Below, in pieces: positions 15,001-31,100 of a stretch of DNA of 64,000 nucleotides; within the stretch, counting starts at the first letter, position 1, and each line of letters starts with the position of its first letter. The notes below the pieces were generated by a model. The model saw only the letters and a list, made by a program, of their open reading frames with translations, did not search any database and was not told where the DNA came from. The position numbers and the translations under genes were made by a program. This DNA comes from Auanema rhodensis (lineage: Eukaryota; Animalia; Nematoda), in the NCBI GenBank assembly GCA_964057225.1, contig OZ059894.1, positions 13,206,001 to 13,270,000 on the forward strand, read 5' to 3'.

Positions 15001-18000
15001 ACAGTGAAAAAAAAAGGTTGAATATTTTGATACTAAAAAAATAAAACATGAAAATATTTTAAAATTTTCCAATTCATTTTACTCTATTTTCTTCATTTAA
15101 TCACGTATTTTGAAACAATCTCAAATTTTTACAATAGTTTTGAAACAATTCATTCGTTCATTGAGATTTTAAACAGTGAAAAAAAAAGTTTGAATATATT
15201 GATACTCAAGAAATAAAACATGAAAATATTTTATAATTTTCCAATTCATTTTACTCTATTTTCTTCATTTAATCATGTTTCTTGGAACAATTTTAAATTT
15301 TACAATAATTTCGAAACAAATCATTTATTTAATAATGTTTTTAACAGTGAAGAAGATATAATTTTAAATATTTTGATACTCAAAAAATAAAACATGAAAA
15401 TATTTTAAAATTTTCCAATTCATTTTACTCTATTTTCTTCATTTAATCACGTATTTTGAAACAATCTCAAATTTTTACAATAGTTTTGAAACAATTCATT
15501 CGTTCATTGAGATTTTAAACAGTGAAAAAAAAAGTTTGAATATATTGATACTCAAGAAATAAAACATGAAAATATTTTATAATTTTCCAATTCATTTTAC
15601 TCTATTTTCTTCATTTAATCATGTTTCTTGGAACAATTTTAAATTTTACAATAATTTCGAAACAAATCATTTATTTAATAATGTTTTTAACAGTGAAGAA
15701 GATATAATTTTAAATATTTTGATACTCAAAAAATAAAACATGAAAATATTTTAAAATTTTCCAATTCATTTTACTCTATTTTTTTCATTCAATCACGTAT
15801 TTTGAAACAATCTCAAATTTTTACAATAGTTTTGAAACAATTCATTCGTTCATTAAGATTTTAAACAGTGAAAAAAAAAAGTTTAAATATTTTGATACTC
15901 AAGAAATAAAACATGAAAATATTTTATAATTTTCCAATTCATTTTACTCTATTTTCTTCATTTAATCATGTTTCTTGGAACAATTTTAATTTTTACAATA
16001 ATTTCGAAACGAATCATTCATTTAATAATGTTTTTAACAGTGAAGAAGATATAATTTTAAATATTTTGATACTCAAAAAATAAAACATGAAAATATTTTA
16101 AAATTTTCCAATTCATTTTACTCTATTTTCTTCATTTAATCACGTATTTAGAAACAATCTCAAATTTTTACAATAGTTTTGAAACAATTCATTCGTTCAT
16201 TGAGATTTTAAACAGTGAAAAAAAAAGTTTGAATATTTTGATACTCAAGAAATAAAACATGAAAATATTTTATAATTTTCCAATTCATTTTACTCTATTT
16301 TCTTCATTTAATCATGTTTCTTGGAACAATTTTAAATTTTACAATAATTTCGAAACAAATCATTCATTTAATAATGTTTTTAACAGTGAAGAAGATATAA
16401 TTTTAAATATTTTGATACTCAAAAAATAAAACATGAAAATATTTTATAATTTTCCAATTCATTTTACTCTATTTTTTTCATTCAATCACGTATTTTGAAA
16501 CAATCTCAAATTTTTACAATAATATCGAAACAAATCATCCAGTTAATAATGTTTTTAACAGTAAAAAAGATATAATTTTGAATATTTTGATACTCAAGAA
16601 ATAAAACATGAAAATATTTTATAATTTTCCAATTCATTTTACTCCATTTTCTTCATTTCATCACGTATTTTGAAACAATCTCATATTTTTACAATAGTTT
16701 TGAAACAATTCATTCGTTCATTGAGATTTGAAACATTAAAAACGATCTTAATTTGAATTTTCTGATACTAAGAAAATAAAACATGGAAATATTTTATAAT
16801 TTTCCAATTCATTTTACTCCATTTTCTTCATTTAATCACGTATTTTGAAACAATCTCAAATTTTTACAATAGTTTTGAAACAATTCATTCGTTTTGTAAG
16901 ATTTTAAACAGTGAAAAAAAAAAGTTTGAATATTTTGAAACTCAAGAAATAAAACATGAAAATATTTTATAATATTCCAATTCATTTTACTCTATTTTCT
17001 TCATTTAATCATGTTTCTTGGAACAATTTTAAATTTTACAATAATTTCGAAACAAATCATCCAGTTAATAATGTTTTTAACAGTAAAGTAGATATAATTT
17101 TAATTATTTTGATACTCAAAAAATAAAACATAAAAATATTTTATAATTTTCCAATTCATTTTACTCCATTTTCTTCATTTAATCACGTATTTTGAAACAA
17201 TCTCAAATTTTTACAATAGTTTTGAAACAATTCATTCGTTCATTAAGATTTTAAACAGTGAAAAAAAAAGTTTGAATATTTTGATACTAAAAAAATAAAA
17301 CATGAAAATATTTTAAAATTTTCCAATTCATTTTACTCTATTTTCTTCATTTAATCACGTATTTTGAAACAATCTCAAATTTTTACAATAGTTTTGAAAC
17401 AATTCATTCGTTCATTGAGATTTTAAACAGTGAAAAAAAAAGTTTGAATATTTTGATACTCAAGAAATAAAACATGAAAATATTTTATAATTTTCCAATT
17501 CATTTTACTCTATTTTCTTCATTTAATCATGTTTCTTGGAACAATTTTAAATTTTACAATAATTTCGAAACAAATCATTCATTTAATAATGTTTTTAACA
17601 GTGAAGAAGATATAATTTTAAATATTTTGATACTCAAAAAATAAAACATGAAAATATTTTAAAATTTTCCAATTCATTTTACTCTATTTTTTTCATTCAA
17701 TCACGTATTTTGAAACAATCTCAAATTTTTACAATAGTTTTGAAACAATTCATTCGTTCATTAAGATTTTAAACAGTGAAAAAAAAAAGTTTAAATATTT
17801 TGATACTCAAGAAATAAAACATGAAAATATTTTATAATTTTCCAATTCATTTTACTCTATTTTCTTCATTTAATCATGTTTCTTGGAACAATTTTAATTT
17901 TTACAATAATTTCGAAACAAATCATTCATTTAATAATGTTTTTAACAGTGAAGAAGATATAATTTTAAATATTTTGATACTCAAAAAATAAAACATGAAA

Positions 18001-21000
18001 ATATTTTAAAATTTTCCAATTCATTTTACTCTATTTTTTTCATTCAATCACGTATTTTGAAACAATCTCAAATTTTTACAATAGTTTTGAAACAATTCAT
18101 TCGTTCATTAAGATTTTAAACAGTGAAAAAAAAAAGTTTGAATATTTTGATACTCAAGAAATAAAACATGAAAATATTTTATAATTTTCCAATTCATTTT
18201 ACTCAACAACAATTCATTCGTTCATTAAGATTTGAAACATTAAAAACGATCTTAAATTGAATTTTCTGATACTAAGAAAATAAAACATGGAAATATTTTA
18301 TAATTTTCCAATTCATTTTCATTCAATCACGTATTTTGAAACAATCTCAAATTTTTACAATAGTTTTGAAACAATTCATTCGTTCATTAAGATTTTAAAC
18401 AGTGAAAAAAAAAAGTTTGAATATTTTGATACTCAAGAAATAAAACATGAAAATATTTTATGAAAACGATCTTAAATTGAATTTTCTGATACTAAGAAAA
18501 TAAAACATGGAAATATTTTATAATTTTCCAATTCATTTTCATTCAATCACGTATTTTGAAACAATCTCAAATTTTTACAATAGTTTCGAAACAATTCATT
18601 CGTTCATTAAGATTTTAAACAGTGAAAAAAAAAAGTTTGAATATTTTGATACTCAAGAAATAAAACATGGAAATATTTTATAATTTTCCAATTCATTTTA
18701 CTCCATTTTCTTCATTTAATCACGTATTTTGAAACAATCTCATATTTTTACAATAGTTTTGAAACAATTCATTCGTTCATTAAGATTTTAAACAGTGAAA
18801 AAAAAAAGTTTGAATATTTTGATACTCAAGAAATAAAACATGAAAATATTTTATAATATTCCAATTCATTTTACTCTATTTTCTTCATTTAATCATGTTT
18901 CTTGGAACAATTTTAAATTTTACAATAATTTCGAAACAAATCATCCAGTTAATAATGTTTTTAACAGTAAAGTAGATATAATTTTAATTATTTTGATACT
19001 CAAGAAATAAAACATGAAAATATTTTATAATTTTCCAATTCATTTTACTCTATTTTCTTCATTTAATCACGTATTTTGAAACAATCTCAAATTTTTACAA
19101 TAGTTTTGAAACAATTCATTCGTTCATTGAGATTTTAAACAGTGAAAAAAAAAGTTTGAATATTTTGATACTCAAGAAATAAAACATGAAAATATTTTAT
19201 AATTTTCCAATTCATTTTACTCCATTTTCTTCATTTAATCACGTATTTTGAAACAATCTCATATTTTTACAATAGTTTCGAAACAAATCATCCAGTTAAT
19301 AATGTTTTTAACAGTAAAAAAGATATAATTTTAATTATTTTGATACTCAAAAAATAAAACATGAAAATATTTAATAATTTTCCAATTCATTTTACTCCAT
19401 TTTCTTCATTTAATCACGTATTTTGAAACAATCTCATATTTTTACAATAGTTTTGAAACAATTCATTCGTTCATTGAGATTTGAAACATTAAAAACGATC
19501 TTAATTTGAATTTTCTGATACTAAAAAAATAAAACATGGAAATATTTTATAATTTTCCAATTCATTTTACTCCATTTTCTTCATTTAATCATGTTTCTTG
19601 GAACAATTTTAATTTTTACAATAATTTCGAAACAAATCATTCATTTAATAATGTTTTTAACAGTGAAGAAGATATAATTTTAAATATTTTGATACTCAAA
19701 AAATAAAACATGAAAATATTTTAAAATTTTCCAATTCATTTTACTCTATTTTTTTCATTCAATCACGTATTTTGAAACAATCTCAAATTTTTACAATAGT
19801 TTTGAAACAATTCATTCGTTCATTAAGATTTTAAACAGTGAAAAAAAAAAGTTTGAATATTTTGATACTCAAGAAATAAAACATGAAAATATTTTATAAT
19901 TTTCCAATTCATTTTACTCCATTTTCTTCATTTAATCACGTATTTTGAAACAATCTCATATTTTTACAATAGTTTCGAAACAAATCATCCAGTTAATAAT
20001 GTTTTTAACAGTAAAGTAGATATAATTTTAATTATTTTGATACTCAAGAAATAAAACATGAAAATATTTTATAATTTTCCAATTCATTTTACTCTATTTT
20101 CTTCATTTAATCACGTATTTTGAAACAATCTCAAATTTTTACAATAGTTTTGAAACAATTCATTCGTTCATTGAGATTTTAAACAGTGAAAAAAAAAGTT
20201 TGAATATTTTGATACTCAAGAAATAAAACATGAAAATATTTTATAATTTTCCAATTCATTTTACTCCATTTTCTTCATTTAATCACGTATTTTGAAACAA
20301 TCTCATATTTTTACAATAGTTTCGAAACAAATCATCCAGTTAATAATGTTTTTAACAGTAAAAAAGATATAATTTTAATTATTTTGATACTCAAAAAATA
20401 AAACATGAAAATATTTAATAATTTTCCAATTCATTTTACTCCATTTTCTTCATTTAATCACGTATTTTGAAACAATCTCATATTTTTACAATAGTTTTGA
20501 AACAATTCATTCGTTCATTGAGATTTGAAACATTAAAAACGATCTTAATTTGAATTTTCTGATACTAAAAAAATAAAACATGGAAATATTTTATAATTTT
20601 CCAATTCATTTTACTCCATTTTCTTCATTTAATCATGTTTCTTGGAACAATTTTAATTTTTACAATAATTTCGAAACAAATCATTCATTTAATAATGTTT
20701 TTAACAGTGAAGAAGATATAATTTTAAATATTTTGATACTCAAAAAATAAAACATGAAAATATTTTAAAATTTTCCAATTCATTTTACTCTATTTTTTTC
20801 ATTCAATCACGTATTTTGAAACAATCTCAAATTTTTACAATAGTTTTGAAACAATTCATTCGTTCATTAAGATTTTAAACAGTGAAAAAAAAAAGTTTGA
20901 ATATTTTGATACTCAAGAAATAAAACATGAAAATATTTTATAATTTTCCAATTCATTTTACTCAACAACAATTCATTCGTTCATTAAGATTTGAAACATT

Positions 21001-24000
21001 AAAAACGATCTTAAATTGAATTTTCTGATACTAAGAAAATAAAACATGGAAATATTTTATAATTTTCCAATTCATTTTCATTCAATCACGTATTTTGAAA
21101 CAATCTCAAATTTTTACAATAGTTTTGAAACAATTCATTCGTTCATTAAGATTTTAAACAGTGAAAAAAAAAAGTTTGAATATTTTGATACTCAAGAAAT
21201 AAAACATGAAAATATTTTATGAAAACGATCTTAAATTGAATTTTCTGATACTAAGAAAATAAAACATGGAAATATTTTATAATTTTCCAATTCATTTTCA
21301 TTCAATCACGTATTTTGAAACAATCTCAAATTTTTACAATAGTTTCGAAACAATTCATTCGTTCATTAAGATTTTAAACAGTGAAAAAAAAAAGTTTGAA
21401 TATTTTGATACTCAAGAAATAAAACATGGAAATATTTTATAATTTTCCAATTCATTTTACTCTATTTTCTTCATTTAATCACGTATTTTGAAACAATCTC
21501 AAATTTTTACAATAGTTTTGAAACAATTCATTCGTTCATTGAGATTTTAAACAGTGAAAAAAAAAGTTTGAATATTTTGATACTCAAGAAATAAAACATG
21601 AAAATATTTTATAATTTTCCAATTCATTTTACTCTATTTTCTTCATTTAATCATGTTTCTTGGAACAATTTTAAATTTTACAATAATTTCGAAACAAATC
21701 ATTCATTTAATAATGTTTTTAACAGTGAAGAAGATATAATTTTAATTATTTTGATACTCAAAAAATAAAACATGAAAATATTTAATAATTTTCCAATTCA
21801 TTTTACTCCATTTTCTTCATTTAATCACGTATTTTGAAACAATCTCATATTTTTACAATAGTTTTGAAACAATTCATTCGTTCATTGAGATTTGAAACAT
21901 TAAAAACGATCTTAATTTGAATTTTCTGATACTAAAAAAATAAAACATGGAAATATTTTATAATTTTCCAATTCATTTTACTCCATTTTCTTCATTTAAT
22001 CACGTATTTTGAAACAATCTCATATTTTTACATTAGTTTTGAAACAATTCATTCGTTCTGTAAGATTTTAAACAGTGAAAAAAAAAAGTTTAAATATTTT
22101 GATACTCAAGAAATAAAACATGAAAATATTTTATGATTTTCCAATTCATTTTACTCCATTTTCTTTATTTAATCACGTATTTTGAAACAATCTCAAATTT
22201 TTACAATAGTTTTGAAACAATCTCAAATTTTTACAATAGTTTTGAAACAATTCGTTCGTTCATTAAGATTTTAAACAGTGAAAAAAAAAAGTTTGAATAT
22301 TTTGATACTCAAGAAATAAAACATGAAAATATTTTATAAAAACGATCTTAAATTGAATTTTCTGATACTAAGAAAATAAAACACGGAAATATTTTATAAT
22401 TTTCCAATTCATTTTCATTCAATCACGTATTTTGAAACAATCTCAAATTTTTACAATAGTTTTGAAACAATTCATTCGTTCATTAAGATTTTAAACAGTG
22501 AAAAAAAAAAGTTTGAATATTTTGATACTCAAGAAATAAAACATGGAAATATTTTATAATTTTCCAATTCATTTTACTCCATTTTCTTCATTTAATCACG
22601 TATTTTGAAACATTCTCAAATTTTTACAATAGTTTTGAAACAATTCATTCGTTTTGTAAGATTTTAAACAGTGAAAAAAAAAAGTTTGAATATTTTGAAA
22701 CTCAAGAAATAAAACATGAAAATATTTTATAATATTCCAATTCATTTTACTCTATTTTCTTCATTTAATCATGTTTCTTGGAACAATTTTAAATTTTACA
22801 ATAATTTCGAAACAAATCATCCTGTTAATAATGTTTTTAACAGTAAAGTAGATATAATTTTAATTATTTTGATACTCAAGAAATAAAACATGAAAATATT
22901 TTATAATTTTCCAATTCATTTTACTCCATTTTCTTCATTTAATCACGTATTTTGAAACAATCTCATATTTTTACAATAGTTTCGAAACAAATCATCCAGT
23001 TAATAATGTTTTTAACAGTAAAAAAGATATAATTTTGAATATTTCGATACTCAAGAAATAAAACATGAAAATATTTTATAATTTTCCAATTCATTTTACT
23101 CCATTTTCTTCATTTGATCACGTATTTTGAAACAATCTCATATTTTTACAATAGTTTTGAAACAATTCATTCGTTCATTGAGATTTGAAACATTAAAAAC
23201 GATCTTAATTTGAATTTTCTGATACTAAAAAAATAAAACATGGAAATATTTTATAATTTTCCAATTCATTTTACTCCATTTTCTTCATTTAATTACGTAT
23301 TTTGAAACAATCTCATATTTTTACAATAGTTTTGAAACAATTCATTCGTTCATTAAGATTTTAAACAGTGAAAAAAAAAAGTTTGAATATTTTGAAACTC
23401 AAGAAATAAAACATGAAAATATTTTATAATTTTCCAATTCATTTTACTCCATTTTCTTCATTTAATTACGTATTTTGAAACAATCTCATATTTTTACAAT
23501 AGTTTTGAAACAATTCATTCGTTCATTAAGATTTTAAACAGTGAAAAAAAAAAGTTTGAATATTTTGATACTCAAGAAATAAAACATGAAAATATTTTAT
23601 AATATTCCAATTCATTTTACTCTATTTTCTTCATTTAATCACGTATTTTGAAACAATCTCGTATTTTTACAATAGTTTTGAAACAATTCATTCGTTCATT
23701 AAGATTTGAAACATTAAAAACGATCTTAATTTGAATTTTCTGATACTAAGAAAATAAAACATGGAAATATTTTATAATTTTCCAATTCATTTTACTCCAT
23801 TTTCTTCATTTAATCACGTATTTTGAAACAATCTCAAATATTTACAATAGTTTTGAAACAATTCATTCGTTCATTAAGATTTTAAACAGTGAAAAAAAAA
23901 AGTTTGAATATTTTGAAACTCAAGAAATAAAACAGGAAAATATTTTATAATTTTCCAATTCATTTTACTCCATTTTCTTCATTTAATCACGTATTTTGAA

Positions 24001-27000
24001 ACAATCTCATATTTTTACAATAATTTCGAAACAAATCATCCAGTTAATAATGTTTTTAACAGTAAAAAAGATATAATTTTGAATATTTTGATACTCAAGA
24101 AATAAAACATGAAAATATTTTATAATTTTCCAATTCATTTTACTCCATTTTCTTCATTTAATCACGTATTTTGAAACAATCTCATATTTTTACAATAGTT
24201 TTGAAACAATTCATTCGTTCATTAAGATTTGAAACATTAAAAACGATCTTAATTTGAATTTTCTGATACTAAGAAAATGAAACATGGAAATATTTTATAA
24301 TTTTCCAATTCATTTTATTCCATTTTCTTCATTTAATCACGTATTTTGAAACAATCTCAAATTTTTACAATAGTTTTGAAACAATTCATTCGTTCTGTAA
24401 GATTTTAAACAGTGAAAAAAAAAAGTTTAAATATTTTGATACTTAAGAAATAAAACATGAAAATATTTTATAATTTTCCAATTCATTTTACTCCATTTTC
24501 TTCATTTAATCACGTATTTTGAAACAATCTCATATTTTTACAATAGTTTCGAAACAAATCATCCAGTTAATAATGTTTTTAACAGTAAAAAAGATATAAT
24601 TTTGAATATTTCGATACTCAAGAAATAAAACATGAAAATATTTTATAATTTTCCAATTCATTTTACTCCATTTTCTTCATTTAATCACGTATTTTGAAAC
24701 AATCTCATATTTTTACAATAGTTTTGAAACAATTCATTCGTTCATTGAGATTTGAAACATTAAAAACGATCTTAATTTGAATTTTCTGATACTAAAAAAA
24801 TAAAACATGGAAATATTTTATAATTTTCCAATTCATTTTACTCCATTTTCTTCATTTAATCACGTATTTTGAAACAATCTCATATTTTTACAATAGTTTT
24901 GAAACAATTAATTCGTTCATTAAGATTTGAAACATTGAAAACGATCTTAATTCGAATTTTCTGATACTAAGAAAATAAAACATGGAAATATTTTATAATT
25001 TTCCAATTCATTTTACTCCATTTTCTTCATTTAATCACGTATTTTGAAACAATCTCAAATTTTTACAATAGTTTTGAAACAATTCATTCGTTCTGTAAGA
25101 TTTTAAACAGTGAAAAAAAAAAGTTTGAATATTTTGAAACTCAAGAAATAAAACATGAAAATATTTTATAATTTTCCAATTCATTTTACTCCATTTTCTT
25201 CATTTAATCACGTATTTTGAAACAATCTCATATTTTTACAATAGTTTTGAAACAATTCATTCGTTCATTAAGATTTTAAACAGTGAAAAAAAAAAGTTTA
25301 AATATTTTGATACTCAAGAAATAAAACATGAAAATATTTTAAAATTTTCCAATTCATTTTACTCTATTTTCTTCATTTAATCACGTATTTTGGAACAATC
25401 TCAAATTTTTACAATAGTTTTGAAACAATTGATTCGTTCATTAAGATTTGAAACATTAAAAACGATCTTAATTTGAATTTTCTGATACTAAGAAAATAAA
25501 ACATGGAAATATTTTATAATTTTCCAATTCATTTTATTCCATTTTCTTCATTTAATCACGTATTTTGAAACAATCTCAAATTTTTACAATAGTTTTGAAA
25601 CAATTCATTCGTTCTGTAAGATTTTAAACAGTGAAAAAAAAAAGTTCAAATATTTTGATACTCAAGAAATAAAACATGAAAATATTTTATAATTTTCCAA
25701 TTCATTTTACTCCATTTTCTTCATTTAATCACGTATTTTGAAACAATCTCATATTTTTACAATAGTTTTGAAACAATTCATTCGTTCATTAAGATTTTAA
25801 ACAGTGAAAAAAAAAAGTTTGAATATTTTGAAACTCAAGAAATAAAACATGAAAATATTTTATAATTTTCCAATTCATTTTACTCCATTTTCTTCATTTA
25901 ATCACGTATTTTGAAACAATCTCATATTTTTACAATAGTTTTGAAACAATTCATTCGTTCATTGAGATTTGAAACATTAAAAACGATCTTAATTTGAATT
26001 TTCTGATACTAAAAAAATAAAACATGGAAATATTTTATAATTTTCCAATTCATTTTACTCCATTTTCTTCATTTAATCACGTATTTTGAAACAATCTCAA
26101 ATTTTTACAATAGTTTTGAAACAATTCATTTGTTCATTAAGATTTGAAACATTAAAAACGATCTTAATTTGAATTTTCTGATACTAAGAAAATAAAACAT
26201 GGAAATATTTTATAATTTTCCAATTCATTTTATTCCATTTTCTTCATTTAATCACGTATTTTGAAACAATCTCAAATTTTTACAATAGTTTTGAAACAAT
26301 TCATTCGTTCTGTAAGATTTTAAACAGTGAAAAAAAAAAGTTTAAATATTTTGATACTCAAGAAATAAAACATGAAAATATTTTATAATTTTCCAATTCA
26401 TTTTACTCCATTTTCTTCATTTAATCACGTATTTTGAAACAATCTCATATTTTTACAATAGTTTTGAAACAATTCATTCGTTCATTGAGATTTGAAACAT
26501 TAAAAACGATCTTAATTTGAATTTTCTGATACTAAAAAAATAAAACATGGAAATATTTTATAATTTTCCAATTCATTTTACTCCATTTTCTTCATTTAAT
26601 CACGTATTTTGAAACAATCTCAAATTTTTACAATAGTTTTGAAACAATTCATTCGTTCATTAAGATTTTAAACAGTGAAAAAAAAAAGTTTGAATATTTT
26701 GAAACTCAAGAAATAAAACATGAAAATATTTTATAATTTTCCAATTCATTTTACTCCATTTTCTTCATTTAATCACGTATTTTGAAACAATCTCATATTT
26801 TTACAATAGTTTTGAAACAATTCATTCGTTCATTGAGATTTGAAACATTAAAAACGATCTTAATTTGAATTTTCTGATACTAAAAAAATAAAACATGGAA
26901 ATATTTTATAATTTTCCAATTCATTTTACTCCATTTTCTTCATTTAATCACGTATTTTGAAACAATCTCAAATTTTTACAATTGTTTTGAAACAATTCAT

Positions 27001-28159
27001 TCGTTCATTAAGATTTTAAACAGTGAAAAAAAAAGTTTGAATATTTTGATACTAAAAAAATAAAACATGAAAATATTTTAAAATTTTCCAATTCATTTTA
27101 CTCTATTTTCTTCATTTAATCACGTATTTTGGAACAATCTCAAATTTTTACAATAGTTTTGAAACAATTCATTCGTTCATTAAGATTTGAAACATTAAAA
27201 ACGATCTTAATTTGAATTTTCTGATACTAAGAAAATAAAACATGGAAATATTTTATAATTTTCCAATTCATTTTATTCCATTTTCTTCATTTAATCACGT
27301 ATTTTGAAACAATCTCAAATTTTTACAATAGTTTTGAAACAATTCATTCGTTCTGTAAGATTTTAAACAGTGAAAAAAAAAAGTTCAAATATTTTGATAC
27401 TCAAGAAATAAAACATGAAAATATTTTATAATTTTCCAATTCATTTTACTCCATTTTCTTCATTTAATCACGTATTTTGAAACAATCTCATATTTTTACA
27501 ATAGTTTTGAAACAATTCATTCGTTCATTAAGATTTTAAACAGTGAAAAAAAAAAGTTTGAATATTTTGAAACTCAAGAAATAAAACATGAAAATATTTT
27601 ATAATTTTCCAATTCATTTTACTCCATTTTCTTCATTTAATCACGTATTTTGAAACAATCTCATATTTTTACAATAGTTTTGAAACAATTCATTCGTTCA
27701 TTGAGATTTGAAACATTAAAAACGATCTTAATTTGAATTTTCTGATACTAAAAAAATAAAACATGGAAATATTTTATAATTTTCCAATTCATTTTACTCC
27801 ATTTTCTTCATTTAATCACGTATTTTGAAACAATCTCAAATTTTTACAATAGTTTTGAAACAATTCATTTGTTCATTAAGATTTCAAACAGTGAAAAAAA
27901 AAGTTTGAATATTTTGATACTAAAAAAATAAAACATGAAAATATTTTAAAATTTTCCAATTCATTTTACTCTATTTTCTTCATTTAATCACGTATTTTGA
28001 AACAATCTCAAATTTTTACAATAGTTTTGAAACAATTCATTCGTTCATTAAGATTTTAAACAGTGAAAAAAAAAAGTTTGAATATTTTGATACTCAAGAA
28101 ATAAAACATGAAAATATTTTATAATATTCCAATTCATTTTACTCTATTTTCTTCATTTA

Positions 28160-31100
28160 ATCATGTTTCTTGGAACAATTTAAAATTTTTACAATAATTT
28201 CGAAACTAATCATCCAGTTAATAATGTTTTTAACAGTAAAGAAGTTATAATTTTAAATATTTTGGTACTCAAAAAATAAAACATGAAAATATTTTATATT
28301 TTATATTTTTCCAATTCATTTTACTCTATTTTCTTCATTTAATTACGTATTTTGAAACAATCTCATATTTTTACAATAGCTTTGAAACAATTCATTCGTT
28401 CATTAAGATTTGAAACATTAAAAACGATCTTAATTTGAATTTTCTGATACTAAGAAAATAAAACATGGAAATATTTTATAATTTTCCAATTCATTTTACT
28501 CCATTTTCTTCATTTAATCACGTATTTTGAAACAATCTCAAATTTTTACAATAGTTTTGAAACAATTCATTCGTTCATTAAGATTTTAAACAGTGAAAAA
28601 AAAAAGTTTGAATATTTTGAAACTCAAGAAATAAAACAGGAAAATATTTTATAATTTTCCAATTCATTTTACTCCATTTTCTTCATTTAATCACGTATTT
28701 TGAAACAATCTCATATTTTTACAATAGTTTTGAAACAATTCATTCGTTCATTAAGATTTGAAACATTAAAAACGATTTTAATTTGAATTTTCTGATACTA
28801 AGAAAATAAAACATGGAAATATTTTATAATTTTCCAATTCATTTTATTCCATTTTCTTCATTTAATCACGTATTTTGAAACAATCTCAAATTTTTACAAA
28901 AGTTTTGAAACAATTCATTCGTTCTGTAAGATTTTAAACAGTGAAAAAAAAAAGTTTAAATATTTTGATACTCAAGAAATAAAACATGAAAATATTTTAT
29001 AATTTTCCAATTCATTTTACTCCATTTTCTTCATTTAATCACGTATTTTGAAACAATCTCATATTTTTACAATAGTTTTGAAACAATTCATTCGTTCATT
29101 GAGATTTGAAACATTAAAAACGATCTTAATTTGAATTTTCTGATACTAAAAAAATGAAACATGGAAATATTTTATAATTTTCCAATTCATTTTACTCCAT
29201 TTTCTTCATTTAATCACGTATTTTGAAACAATCTCAAATTTTTACAATAGTTTTGAAACAATTCATTCGTTCAATAAGATTTTAAACAGTGAAAAAAAAA
29301 AGTTTGAATATTTTGAAACTCAAGAAATAAAACATGAAAATATTTTATAATTTTCCAATTCATTTTACTCCATTTTCTTCATTTAATCACGTATTTTGAA
29401 ACAATCTCATATTTTTACAATAGTTTTGAAACAATTCATTCGTTCATTGAGATTTGAAACATTAAAAACGATCTTAATTTGAATTTTCTGATACTAAAAA
29501 AATAAAACATGGAAATATTTTATAATTTTCCAATTCATTTTACTCCATTTTCTTCATTTAATCACGTATTTTGAAACAATCTCAAATTTTTACAATAGTT
29601 TTGAAACAATTCATTCGTTCATTAAGATTTTAAACAGTGAAAAAAAAAGTTTGAATATTTTGATACTAAAAAAATAAAACATGAAAATATTTTAAAATTT
29701 TCCAATTCATTTTACTCTATTTTCTTCATTTAATCACGTATTTTGAAACAATCTCAAATTTTTACAATAGTTTTGAAACAATTCATTCGTTCATTAAGAT
29801 TTTAAACAGTGAAAAAAAAAAGTTTGAATATTTTGATACTCAAGAAATAAAACATGAAAATATTTTATAATATTCCAATTCATTTTACTCTATTTTCTTC
29901 ATTTAATCATGTTTCTTGGAACAATTTAAAATTTTTACAATAATTTCGAAACTAATCATCCAGTTAATAATGTTTTTAACAGTAAAGAAGTTATAATTTT
30001 AAATATTTTGGTACTCAAAAAATAAAACATGAAAATATTTTATATTTTATATTTTTCCAATTCATTTTACTCTATTTTCTTCATTTAATTACGTATTTTG
30101 AAACAATCTCATATTTTTACAATAGCTTTGAAACAATTCATTCGTTCATTAAGATTTGAAACATTAAAAACGATCTTAATTTGAATTTTCTGATACTAAG
30201 AAAATAAAACATGGAAATATTTTATAATTTTCCAATTCATTTTACTCCATTTTCTTCATTTAATCACGTATTTTGAAACAATCTCAAATTTTTACAATAG
30301 TTTTGAAACAATTCATTCGTTCATTAAGATTTTAAACAGTGAAAAAAAAAAGTTTGAATATTTTGAAACTCAAGAAATAAAACAGGAAAATATTTTATAA
30401 TTTTCCAATTCATTTTACTCCATTTTCTTCATTTAATCACGTATTTTGAAACAATCTCATATTTTTACAATAGTTTTGAAACAATTCATTCGTTCATTAA
30501 GATTTGAAACATTAAAAACGATTTTAATTTGAATTTTCTGATACTAAGAAAATAGAACATGGAAATATTTTATAATTTTCCAATTCATTTTATTCCATTT
30601 TCTTCATTTAATCACGTATTTTGAAACAATCTCAAATTTTTACAAAAGTTTTGAAACAATTCATTCGTTCTGTAAGATTTTAAACAGTGAAAAAAAAAAG
30701 TTTAAATATTTTGATACTCAAGAAATAAAACATGAAAATATTTTATAATTTTCCAATTCATTTTACTCCATTTTCTTCATTTAATCACGTATTTTGAAAC
30801 AATCTCATATTTTTACAATAGTTTTGAAACAATTCATTCGTTCATTGAGATTTGAAACATTAAAAACGATCTTAATTTGAATTTTCTGATACTAAAAAAA
30901 TGAAACATGGAAATATTTTATAATTTTCCAATTCATTTTACTCCATTTTCTTCATTTAATCACGTATTTTGAAACAATCTCAAATTTTTACAATAGTTTT
31001 GAAACAATTCATTCGTTCAATAAGATTTTAAACAGTGAAAAAAAAAAGTTTGAATATTTTGAAACTCAAGAAATAAAACATGAAAATATTTTATAATTTT

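Noticed and set aside
22133-22339. 68 aa ORF in the satellite
   Set aside because: A chance product of an ATG-creating variant plus the 30 bp duplication (FETISNFYNS twice); it is only translated satellite.
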